Positions 25,954 to 34,167 of a stretch of 48,726 nt of DNA are shown piece by piece. This stretch comes from a virus: IMG/VR virus record IMGVR_UViG_3300045988_078204; one strand, written 5' to 3'. Position numbers and translations under genes: made by a program. Each line of letters begins with the position of its first letter. Positions within the stretch are counted from its first letter, which is position 1. The notes beneath the pieces were generated by a model that was not told where the DNA came from, ran no database searches, and saw only the letters and a program-made list of their open reading frames with translations.

Positions 25954-28668
25954 GTGACAGCAGAAGAATTATTAAAACAAATGTCAGCCGAACCGTTTGC
26001 GGAAGAGATGGTCTGTTGCGTTATTGATCCGGAAACAAGGGTCATTGATGTTCCGGCAGAATACCAACTTCTCGGTGTCGAATCTGATGAGAAAGTGGAG
26101 CGGATGTATTTCCAGTGCCCGAAGATTGTCGGAGACAATATTGACCTGTCCAAATTGGCTTTGCGTGTCAATTTCCGGAACGCAAACGATCAGAAAGATC
26201 AATACATTGTGGATGATGTAGAAATCTCTGGGGATAACATTACGTTTTCGTGGCTCCTTTCCAGACGAGTGACGCAGTATAAGGGTAACGTCAGCTTTAT
26301 TGTGTGTGCGGTGAAAGCATCAGGGGAAGAGATTACAAATGAATGGAATACTACGCTTGCAACAGCCCAGGTTTTGGAAGGTCTGGAAGCAGATATTACA
26401 CTTCCGGAAGAAGATACGGATGTGGTAAAACAGTTAATCGCTGTTGCGACACAGAAAATTACAGATGTACAAAATGCAACTTCTTCCGCCAATACCGCGG
26501 CCAGCAACGCAGATATAAAGGCACAGGAGGCCGCCAACGCCGCCGAGGATGCCCGTGGAGTGATAGACCAGATCACGAAAGACAGTTATCTCCACACGAC
26601 TACGCAGACGTTTGTAGATACGGTGAAAGCGAGTCCTACCGCCTATGGAAACGCCATCCCGGAACAGATTGAGGGGTACATCAAACAGGATACGACAAAA
26701 GGGTTACAGTTGTTTGATGCTTCATGTCTTTCAGCGTCAAAAACACAGGGAGGAGCTACGGTCGTCAATAACGGAGACGGTAGCTTTACGGTTAGCGGGG
26801 ATGGGAATTTGACGGAAAATTTTAGTATGTCTTATAACTTATCACACGAAGATAGCTTGAAGCTATTCCCTGTTGGAACTTATCAGATTACGAGAAAACA
26901 GATTAGACCATCGTTTTTTGTTCAAATCAGAGGAGGCAGGCAACATACAATTTCGAGTATTAGCAAACCTGGCGATGTACTGTCTATATTAGAAGAAGAT
27001 ACGCAGAATCCTGATTATTATATACAGTTCTTATTTTATGGCAACGCTATAGACACGATTAAGCCCGGTACAATCAAACCGATGGCGTGGGCTAGTGCCG
27101 AAGTTCCTCAAGACGCAGATTGGGAACCCTACACTGGAGGACAGCCTTCCCCGAATCCTGACTATCCTCAGATTGTTCATGGTGTCGGGGATATGGGATT
27201 CTTTGATGGGGAACTTGTGCAAGGCTCATACAGAATAGCAGACGGTTCTTTCGGATATGGCGATAGAAGATATATCAGTAATGCAAATAAAATACCGTGC
27301 CATCAAGGAGATATGGTGACGCTACAATATGACGGTGATTGCAACGGCGTTTATATTCATTTTTATAAACAAGATAATAGTTTTATACAAAGTAAAAATG
27401 TGGTTGGAAATAAAGTTTCATTTGTAGCTCCGACAGGTACGGGATATTGTAATATAACGATTTACAAAGCAGATAGTATTTTTGTTGCATCAGCCAAACA
27501 CATTACCGTAACCATCAATGATAAATACGCCGTATGTGTCAAATCTAAGGGAAAGAATTTGCTTAATTTAACCGGAGAAATACTATACAGCTTCGGAAGA
27601 GAAACTATTTTTGACAACCAAGTAACAATAAAGCCAACTACAGACGGCAGGACAGCTCCCGGAGTTTGGTTCGTTTTAGGTGACATTAAAAAGTTTTTAG
27701 GAAAAACAATATACGTCAAAGCTGATGCTATCCAGCGATCCGGTAATTATAATCCCCGAATGTTGTTAATGACGATAAAGGGTAATACATCCGTGCGTAC
27801 CTATTTAACATATTCGTATAGCAAGGCCGGACAGGTGATGAGTGTTAAAATACCAGATGACTTGGATACAAACGAAGCATCTGATTTGGCTTTAAATATG
27901 TATGTAAATGACGGATCGTCGCAGGTGGATGCTGACGCATATGCGATATTTACAAATGTCTATGCCGGGTTGTCGGAACCCACTAACGAATTCGTCCCTT
28001 ATCAGTCCAATGTAACGTATATCCCTGTCGATTACCCGCTGTTTGAGGGGGATAAGATCGTAAGGCGTAATGGGGAGTATAAGCTGTTAAGGAAATGGAA
28101 ACAGGAGGTTTTCGATGGTTCGGAAGATGAGGGTTGGGTGCAAGGTAAATCCAACACAAATCAATTTTATACTAGTCAATACAAAGAAAAGAAAGTAAAT
28201 GCCGATATAGTATCAAATCGATTTAAACATGCTACCTCTGTTGAACCGCCATCGATATGGATTGGAAACGACATTAATATATATTTTGAATCTGGATACT
28301 TAGACAATAATACTATAGCCGGATTTCAAGAGTGGTTACAAGAGAATCCGGTTTCTTGTGTCTATGAACTAGCCACACCAACCGAAGAACCCCTTTCATC
28401 CGAAGCCATGAAAGCCCTATACAGCATCATGGCATGTGATGAGGAAACGGAGCTGACGATTGTCGGTGTTCCGTCGGATGCGGAAATCCAGAATCAGTTT
28501 TTATTGCCACGAAATGAGGACGGGGCTTTAAACACAACAGCGTATTGCACGGCCAAGCGGAACGAGATTGCATTGGAAGAGCTGGTATCACAGTCACTTG
28601 ATGCACGTGTCAACAAACTCGAAGTTGACAACGAATCGCTGAACTTACAGACACTAATCGTAGAATAA
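25954..28668 (+). CDS. tail fibre / receptor-binding protein
   Basis: 904 aa. GTG start after AGGAGGG. Position and size fit. Confidence 0.65.
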   Translation: MTAEELLKQMSAEPFAEEMVCCVIDPETRVIDVPAEYQLLGVESDEKVERMYFQCPKIVGDNIDLSKLALRVNFRNANDQKDQYIVDDVEISGDNITFSWLLSRRVTQYKGNVSFIVCAVKASGEEITNEWNTTLATAQVLEGLEADITLPEEDTDVVKQLIAVATQKITDVQNATSSANTAASNADIKAQEAANAAEDARGVIDQITKDSYLHTTTQTFVDTVKASPTAYGNAIPEQIEGYIKQDTTKGLQLFDASCLSASKTQGGATVVNNGDGSFTVSGDGNLTENFSMSYNLSHEDSLKLFPVGTYQITRKQIRPSFFVQIRGGRQHTISSISKPGDVLSILEEDTQNPDYYIQFLFYGNAIDTIKPGTIKPMAWASAEVPQDADWEPYTGGQPSPNPDYPQIVHGVGDMGFFDGELVQGSYRIADGSFGYGDRRYISNANKIPCHQGDMVTLQYDGDCNGVYIHFYKQDNSFIQSKNVVGNKVSFVAPTGTGYCNITIYKADSIFVASAKHITVTINDKYAVCVKSKGKNLLNLTGEILYSFGRETIFDNQVTIKPTTDGRTAPGVWFVLGDIKKFLGKTIYVKADAIQRSGNYNPRMLLMTIKGNTSVRTYLTYSYSKAGQVMSVKIPDDLDTNEASDLALNMYVNDGSSQVDADAYAIFTNVYAGLSEPTNEFVPYQSNVTYIPVDYPLFEGDKIVRRNGEYKLLRKWKQEVFDGSEDEGWVQGKSNTNQFYTSQYKEKKVNADIVSNRFKHATSVEPPSIWIGNDINIYFESGYLDNNTIAGFQEWLQENPVSCVYELATPTEEPLSSEAMKALYSIMACDEETELTIVGVPSDAEIQNQFLLPRNEDGALNTTAYCTAKRNEIALEELVSQSLDARVNKLEVDNESLNLQTLIVE

Positions 28669-28683
28669 GGAGGTTGATACAGA

Positions 28684-29160
28684 ATGTACGAAAAATTGAA
28701 GCAGGCAATACAAGACGGGATGTATACAGTTACAGAAGCGGTAAATCTTTTAAATGCATTTTTGCAAACCGGACAGATTACAGCAGACCAATTTACGGAA
28801 TTATTTGAAATGACAAGAGAACTTCCGGCCAATGGGGAAAAAGAAGAATCCGAGATCGCCCAAGATAATAAAGAAAAAGAATGGCAGGAATACAAAGAAA
28901 AGATAGACAAGATGTGGGATAAGTTTACTGAATCTGGCGTAATCATACCTGATCCCGAACCGGAAGAACCGGACGGAAGTAAGGAGCATCCTATCCCGGC
29001 AACCAATAATATGCAGTACTATGAAGGAAAATACTATACCTACAACGATGTATTGTATAAATGTAACCGGAATACAGATATCCCAGTATGGCATACTCCA
29101 GATCAGCTTGTAGGTATTTATTTTGAAATTGTACCGCAGGAGGAAGAGGATGAAATTTAG
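28684..29160 (+). CDS. XkdX-like N-terminus with C-terminal CBM5/12-like motif
   Basis: MYEKLKQAIQDGMYTVTEAVNLLNAFLQTGQITADQFTEL resembles XkdX. YYEGKYYTYNDVLYKCNRNTDIPVWHTP resembles a carbohydrate-binding W/Y motif. Confidence 0.5.
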   Translation: MYEKLKQAIQDGMYTVTEAVNLLNAFLQTGQITADQFTELFEMTRELPANGEKEESEIAQDNKEKEWQEYKEKIDKMWDKFTESGVIIPDPEPEEPDGSKEHPIPATNNMQYYEGKYYTYNDVLYKCNRNTDIPVWHTPDQLVGIYFEIVPQEEEDEI

Positions 29161-29482
29161 AAATTTTAAAGATAGTCTTTCCACATTGGGGGGGGTATAT
29201 TGTGCTATTGAAGGCTGGGGAATCCTGAAATGTGAGAATGCCAATGTTTTAAAAGCTGGAATTTCTACAAAGGTTGGCGAAACCTGTTTGACCGGATATC
29301 CAAAGGGAACAGAGAAAAGTTGGGGCATCCTCATCACATTTGTTGTAGGTGCGGATTTCTCACAGATTTTTTTGAGTTATACAGGAAGTGGGCTGTACAT
29401 ACGTGGCGGTTCCGCATCTGGTGTTGTTGGAACAAAGTGGTATAAATATAGCCGACAATCGGAACAGATTGATTCAATATAA
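29150..29482 (+). CDS. poly-G ORF A (110 aa)
   Basis: ATG 29150 lies after GGAGGAAGAGG. The N-terminus is MKFRNFKDSLSTLGGVY. The G8 tract encodes the GG. The track ORF 29123..29482 is in the same frame. Confidence 0.55.
   Translation: MKFRNFKDSLSTLGGVYCAIEGWGILKCENANVLKAGISTKVGETCLTGYPKGTEKSWGILITFVVGADFSQIFLSYTGSGLYIRGGSASGVVGTKWYKYSRQSEQIDSI
29188..29195 (+). repeat. homopolymeric G8 tract
   Basis: Counted directly. It starts 38 nt after ATG 29150 and is followed by TAT. Confidence 0.9.
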
Positions 29483-29495
29483 GGAGCGTGAAAAG

Positions 29496-29960
29496 ATGAA
29501 GTTTAAAGGAATAAAAGATATTTTGCTGGGGGGGGGGTATGAGATAGATTCTATATATAAAGGTATTGATGGCGGTGGATGGCGCAGGGCTTATAAGATT
29601 TCCAATACAAATCAGGGTGCATATGGATATTGCGGAGAGTTTTGTATTGCTGGACAGTTCAACAATGGGAGTAATGTTTCTATAATATTCAGTGTTGTTA
29701 CCGCATATATGGAAGCAAGTTTGAGAATCCATAATTTTGTTGGGTCCACTGTTATAGACAAAATAAGGATAACAAAAAATAATGATACCGACGAACTAAA
29801 TATTGATTTTCACTATAATACCGTAACCGCAAATGTGTATGGATTCAAAAAAATATCGGGATACAAACAGAATAGTTCGAAGGAATCATATGCGGATTTT
29901 AAGGTTGTACCAAGTCAACCAGATAGCGAGACCATTATGACAGAAGTAATTGTACAGTAA
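29496..29960 (+). CDS. poly-G ORF B (154 aa)
   Basis: ATG 29496 lies after AAGGAG. The N-terminus is MKFKGIKDILLGGGYE. The track ORF 29388..29960 is in the same frame. Confidence 0.55.
   Translation: MKFKGIKDILLGGGYEIDSIYKGIDGGGWRRAYKISNTNQGAYGYCGEFCIAGQFNNGSNVSIIFSVVTAYMEASLRIHNFVGSTVIDKIRITKNNDTDELNIDFHYNTVTANVYGFKKISGYKQNSSKESYADFKVVPSQPDSETIMTEVIVQ
29528..29537 (+). repeat. homopolymeric G10 tract
   Basis: Counted directly. It starts 32 nt after ATG 29496 and is followed by TAT. Confidence 0.9.
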
Positions 29961-29972
29961 GGGAGGAAAATT

Positions 29973-30080
29973 ATGCAGAAAAAGAAGATATCTGAAATTC
30001 TATCGGGGGGGGGAGGGTATCTCGATGGGGGGTATCCGGCGTACTGGAAGAAAGTGACGGAGGAACCACTCTATTTGTAG
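29973..30080 (+). CDS. poly-G ORF C (35 aa, possibly a truncated third paralog)
   Basis: GGGAGG lies 6 nt before ATG 29973. Reads MQKKKISEILSGGGGYLDGGYPAYWKKVTEEPLYL. Confidence 0.35.
   Translation: MQKKKISEILSGGGGYLDGGYPAYWKKVTEEPLYL
30005..30013 (+). repeat. homopolymeric G9 tract (a further G6 at 30027-30032)
   Basis: Counted directly. It starts 32 nt after ATG 29973. Confidence 0.9.
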
Positions 30081-30134
30081 CAAGTTTACAGGTGTAAAAG
30101 AATAATTTTAAATTTTACGATGTAACGAGGAAAA

Positions 30135-30335
30135 ATGAAGATTTATGATTTTACCATACTGGAATTAAACTATTTCCGGACATATTGTAATTTTACAGAC
30201 GACGAGCGGACATTGTTTGAGTATAGAGCTAAACAATATCCGCTCGAATACTGTGCTGAGTTAATGAATGTGAGTATATCCACAATCAAAAGATTAAGCA
30301 GAAAAGTAAATAACAAGATTATTCGTGTATGCTGA
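30135..30335 (+). CDS. small sigma-region-4/LuxR-like HTH protein
   Basis: 66 aa. FTDDERTLFEYRAKQYPLEYCAELMNVSISTIKRLSRKV looks like a region-4 HTH. Confidence 0.5.
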   Translation: MKIYDFTILELNYFRTYCNFTDDERTLFEYRAKQYPLEYCAELMNVSISTIKRLSRKVNNKIIRVC

Positions 30336-30416
30336 TACTTTTTTGATACTTATATGAACTGTTTGAATCACATCCTTGGTATTATACTTAAAGCATAAAG
30401 ACAAGGAGGCAAGCAG

Positions 30417-30860
30417 ATGCAGTATTTTAATCCTTATTATCAGCAACCAGTACAACAGCAATACAACCCTTTACAGCCTCAGTATGACAGGCTTGCACAG
30501 ATGCAGGCGCAATATAACCAGCCTACTTTTACACAACAGCCAAGCCTTAATGGGGAAATTGTAGACAGTGTTGACGTTGTACGTGCGAAAAATGTGGATA
30601 TGTCTGGCAACCCTACATTTTATCCTAAGTCAGACATGACAGAGATCTACGCAAAACAGTTACAAGCTGACGGTACAAGCCGGATCATTACTTATAAAGC
30701 AGTTATGCCAGATGATCCCAAGCCAGTTGAACAGTCATCTGTAAACTTGGAAGCAATGCTGTTACAGATTAAGAATGATCTTTCAACTGAGATCGCAGGA
30801 TTAAAAGAAATGATTCAAAGTGAGCCTCCTAAAACACAAAGAGGAGGATCGCAAAAATGA
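30417..30860 (+). CDS. hypothetical protein with Gln/Pro/Tyr-rich N-terminus
   Basis: AAGGAGG RBS. Reads MQYFNPYYQQPVQQQYNPLQPQYDRLAQMQAQYNQPTFTQQP, followed by a globular part. Confidence 0.6.
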   Translation: MQYFNPYYQQPVQQQYNPLQPQYDRLAQMQAQYNQPTFTQQPSLNGEIVDSVDVVRAKNVDMSGNPTFYPKSDMTEIYAKQLQADGTSRIITYKAVMPDDPKPVEQSSVNLEAMLLQIKNDLSTEIAGLKEMIQSEPPKTQRGGSQK

Positions 30861-31090
30861 TGAATCCGGTACAATTTGTAAAAATGATGCGTGGAGGAAA
30901 TCCGCAGAAAGTAGTCATGGATATGATGCGAGAGCAGGCTGGAAATAATCCGGTTATGCGAAACGCAATGCAAATGGCAGAAAAAGGAGATTCGGAAGGA
31001 ATCGAAAAACTTGCACGAAATCTTTGTAAAGAACAGGGAATCGATGCGGATGAAATGGTAAATAAGATTAAATCTCAATTTGGTGTTTAA
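30857..31090 (+). CDS. small helical hypothetical protein
   Basis: 77 aa. ATGA overlap with the upstream stop. GAGGAGG RBS. Confidence 0.55.
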   Translation: MMNPVQFVKMMRGGNPQKVVMDMMREQAGNNPVMRNAMQMAEKGDSEGIEKLARNLCKEQGIDADEMVNKIKSQFGV

Positions 31091-31161
31091 CATCGTACAA
31101 TATAGCAGACAGCCCGGGATGTCTCTAATTGTAAATATATTGCAAAAGGAGACAAAAATAT

Positions 31162-31899
31162 ATGATGAGTTCAGGTATGAGTGCAGCGGATGTAGCTGTG
31201 CTTACAGGTAATGCCGGAAATTCCCGTGGCTGTAATGATGGCTTCGGCGGAGAGGGTTGGGGATGGATTTGGCTTATCCTTATCTTCGCAATTTTTGGAG
31301 GCTGGGGAAATGGTTTCGGCGGATTTGGAGGAAACGGCGGAGGATTTAATACTCCTGGTTTCCAGGGATACGCAACGCGTAGTGATATAGATTCTGCGCT
31401 CTCTACTCAGGGTATTGAGTCTGGAATCAATGGAATTGGAACACAGCTTTGTAATGGTTTTGCTAGTGTTAATTCCAATATTAGCAATCTTGGCTATCAA
31501 TTACAGGATTGTTGCTGCCAGACACAGAGAGCGGTCGACGGTGTGAATTATAACCTTGCCGCACAGACAAACATTTTGCAAAATACCGTAAATAATAATG
31601 GAAATGCAATTCAGCAGGCTCTTTGCAGCGGATTTAGGGATGTGATCGACGCACAGAACGCCGGAACACAGAGGATCGTTGATCTGTTTACTCAGGACAA
31701 GATCCAGTCTTTACAGACTGAATTACAGTCCGCACAGCTCCAGCTCAGTAATGCAGCGCAGACAACAAACATTGTCAACGCATTGCGTCCTACACCGGTT
31801 CCGTCTTATCCGGTAATGAGTCCGTATACGTCTATCATCAATCCTACGGGATTCACATTTGGCGTAAACGGCTGTGGATGTAATACGTGTGGTTGTTAA
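31162..31899 (+). CDS. Gly-rich, single-TM, Cys-rich hypothetical protein
   Basis: AAGGAG RBS. The GFGGEGWGWIWLILIFAIFGGWGNGFGGFGGNGGGF segment is hydrophobic and Gly-rich. It has 10 Cys, including DCCCQ and the C-terminal GCGCNTCGC. A strong terminator follows. Confidence 0.65.
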   Translation: MMSSGMSAADVAVLTGNAGNSRGCNDGFGGEGWGWIWLILIFAIFGGWGNGFGGFGGNGGGFNTPGFQGYATRSDIDSALSTQGIESGINGIGTQLCNGFASVNSNISNLGYQLQDCCCQTQRAVDGVNYNLAAQTNILQNTVNNNGNAIQQALCSGFRDVIDAQNAGTQRIVDLFTQDKIQSLQTELQSAQLQLSNAAQTTNIVNALRPTPVPSYPVMSPYTSIINPTGFTFGVNGCGCNTCGC

Positions 31900-31957
31900 A
31901 TAGTATCTTCCCTACGGGAACTTTGAGAAACGATCTCAATGTTACTATTGCCTATTT

Positions 31958-31991
31958 GGGGATAGATACTAGGTCTATCCCCTTTATTTTT
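31958..31991 (+). terminator. intrinsic terminator
   Basis: GGGGATAGA-TACTAGG-TCTATCCCC followed by TTTATTTTT. Confidence 0.7.
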
Positions 31992-32010
31992 GTATAAAGG
32001 AGATAATAAT

Positions 32011-32421
32011 ATGATTGAATTACTTAACCCGACGCCACAGACCGTAGCGCCTGGACAGGGCGTTGTTTATTCCGAAGAAATTTCAAGTAAATGTTCCGCA
32101 GAACGCCACAGAGCCGGAAGCGCCCAGCTTACTCTTGTTAAACCAGGACGCTATCTTGTTGGATTCAGTGGAAATGTAGCAATTCCGGCAGGTGGAGTAG
32201 TTGGCGAGGTGTCTCTTGCCATTGCATTAGATGGGGAGCCAATCACTGGATCAGTGATGCGAGCCACTCCGGCGGCAGTATCTGAATACTTTAATGTAGC
32301 TACTCAGCACTATATTGATGTTCCGTGTGGATGCTGTCAGACGGTGACTGTACAGAACACAGGTGTTGCAGCCGTACAAGTTGATAATCCAAACCTTACA
32401 GCAGTCAGGGTATGCGGTTAG
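32011..32421 (+). CDS. hypothetical beta-rich protein, possibly a BclA-C-terminal/C1q-TNF-like jelly roll
   Basis: ATG 32011 lies after AAAGGAG (the track starts at TTG 31990). The pattern LVKPGRYLVGFSGNVAIPAGGVVGEVSLAIALDGEPITGS...TVTVQNTG...NLTAVRV resembles exosporium BclA C-terminal-domain topology. Cys motifs PCGCCQ and RVCG. Confidence 0.5.
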   Translation: MIELLNPTPQTVAPGQGVVYSEEISSKCSAERHRAGSAQLTLVKPGRYLVGFSGNVAIPAGGVVGEVSLAIALDGEPITGSVMRATPAAVSEYFNVATQHYIDVPCGCCQTVTVQNTGVAAVQVDNPNLTAVRVCG

Positions 32422-32433
32422 GAGGTGCTGAAT

Positions 32434-33201
32434 ATGAGCGAACATTACGAATTAATCAAAAAGATTAAAGATATTGCAAAGCAGGACATTGAACAGATGT
32501 CGGCAAACGGATATGACAATATTGACCGGAAATGCTTTGGTGAATCAGTAGATATTTTGAAAGATGCGATGCAGATGGAGTATTTTTCCGCAGAAACAGC
32601 AAAAGCCTGTCTGGAAAAAGAATACATGGAGATGATAAAAATTCCTAACAAAATTATGGAGGGCGAGCTGACGAAACGGATGGTGGAAGACTATGACGAT
32701 TCCGAAAATGACCGATATGGATATCGTGGACGCGCCAGAAATGGAAGGTTTGTTCATCGTTCCGGGCGTGGACGTTCTGCTGGATATATGCCATACATGC
32801 ATATTCCGGAAGAGTATGAAAATGACTGGATGGAAGACGAATTTCCTCCGATGATGACCGGCTATAGAATGGGATATCCTAATCGGGATGACAGAAACAA
32901 TATGGACGGAAATGGATGGAGCGGAAACCGGTCTGGAGATCATTCAAGATATGGATATGAACCGGAACGAAAACGATCGAAATATGGTGACGCTTATGAT
33001 CGATACGATAACTACCGTAGGCATTACACCGAAAACAAAGATACGGAATCCAAGAAAAAAATGGAGGAGTCCATGACCGAAATCTTTAACGATATGGAAG
33101 ATATGGTGGAAAGCGTGATGAAATATGCAGATGCATCGGAAAAACCGGCGCTGAAACAGAAAATTGTTCAGATGGCACAGAAAGTACAGTCGATGAATTA
33201 A
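32434..33201 (+). CDS. hypothetical protein with Arg/Gly/Tyr/Asp-rich low-complexity centre
   Basis: ATG 32434 is 8 nt after GGAGG. The centre reads DRYGYRGRARNGRFVHRSGRGRSAGYMPY...GYRMGYPNRDDRNNMDGNGWSGNRSGDHSRYGYEPERKRSKYGDAYDRYDNYRRHY. Both ends are helical. Confidence 0.6.
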   Translation: MSEHYELIKKIKDIAKQDIEQMSANGYDNIDRKCFGESVDILKDAMQMEYFSAETAKACLEKEYMEMIKIPNKIMEGELTKRMVEDYDDSENDRYGYRGRARNGRFVHRSGRGRSAGYMPYMHIPEEYENDWMEDEFPPMMTGYRMGYPNRDDRNNMDGNGWSGNRSGDHSRYGYEPERKRSKYGDAYDRYDNYRRHYTENKDTESKKKMEESMTEIFNDMEDMVESVMKYADASEKPALKQKIVQMAQKVQSMN

Positions 33202-33206
33202 TGGAT

Positions 33207-33239
33207 AAGAGCCTTAGCAATACAGCTATGGCTCTTTTT
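33207..33239 (+). terminator. intrinsic terminator
   Basis: AAGAGCC...GGCTCTT followed by TTTT. Confidence 0.55.
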
Positions 33240-33253
33240 GCGAGGTGAAATAA

Positions 33254-33634
33254 ATGAAGTTTCGAATGAATGGGATCTTATGGACTGTTCGATTTGTACA
33301 TCCGTCTGATCCGATTTTGATTGACAGGACAGGTAAAAAGACTTGCGCTGTTACAGATCCAGATACCATGTCAATCTGTTTGTCAGACGACTTATCTGGT
33401 TCGTTTTTAACTACTGTAGTTCTCCATGAACTAGGGCATGTGATGCTTTACAGCTACGGCTACTTAGAAGATATACACCGTATGTGTAAAAAGAGACATT
33501 GGATCGAGATGGAAGAGTTTATCTGCAATTTAATCGCAGACAGGGCGAAAGAGATCTTTTCCAGAGCTTATGAAATTGTCGGAGATGAAGCAATACATTT
33601 TGTACCGATCTATTTAGAAAGGATGGTGGCGTGA
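33254..33634 (+). CDS. putative Zn-metallopeptidase (HExxH)
   Basis: 126 aa with VVLHELGHVM. WTVRFV....L........G.TD......I.LS is an opening typical of small phage ImmA/SprT-like peptidases. Confidence 0.55.
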   Translation: MKFRMNGILWTVRFVHPSDPILIDRTGKKTCAVTDPDTMSICLSDDLSGSFLTTVVLHELGHVMLYSYGYLEDIHRMCKKRHWIEMEEFICNLIADRAKEIFSRAYEIVGDEAIHFVPIYLERMVA

Positions 33635-33691
33635 TGATAAGGGATGCTCCTATTTAATAACAGATAAAATACAAGAAAGGAAAGTGAGGAT

Positions 33692-34165
33692 ATGAAAAAA
33701 ATGAATTATGCAGAACCTTTTATCGATGGATACAATGCAGTGGTAGGGACGATTGTTGCAGTTCTGTCTTATATTTTAGGGGAACACTGGGTACTTTTTG
33801 TTGCGTTTCTTCTGCTTAACGTAGCGGACTGGCTGACGGGATGGATGAAAAGTCGGATAGCCGGGAAAGAAAATTCTATGACAGGATGGAAAGGTGTTCT
33901 TAAGAAACTTGGATACTGGTTGATGGTTATGGTCGCTTTTGGTGCTTCTGCTGTATTTATAGAAATAGGACATACGATTGGAATTGATCTAGGAATTACG
34001 ACACTTCTCGGCTGGTTTGTCTTGGCCTCTTTGTTAATCAATGAGATCCGATCCATATTAGAAAATTTTGTGGAAGCCGGATACAATGTTCCTACAATCC
34101 TTGTGAAAGGTCTGGAAGTAGCTGATAAGGTGGTAAACCAAAGACAAAACGATGAGGAGGAATAA
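33692..34165 (+). CDS. holin (toxin-secretion/phage-lysis holin family, 4 TM)
   Basis: 157 aa. LLLNVADWLTGWMKS...GWKGVLKKLGYW...LINEIRSILEN is characteristic. It lies immediately upstream of the endolysin gene. Confidence 0.8.
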   Translation: MKKMNYAEPFIDGYNAVVGTIVAVLSYILGEHWVLFVAFLLLNVADWLTGWMKSRIAGKENSMTGWKGVLKKLGYWLMVMVAFGASAVFIEIGHTIGIDLGITTLLGWFVLASLLINEIRSILENFVEAGYNVPTILVKGLEVADKVVNQRQNDEEE

Positions 34166-34167
34166 AT

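Noticed and set aside
28494-29337. 170-aa and 178-aa - strand ORFs.
   Set aside because: They are antisense to the end of the tail-fibre gene, the XkdX-like gene and poly-G ORF A. They have no RBS and lie within a unidirectional late operon.
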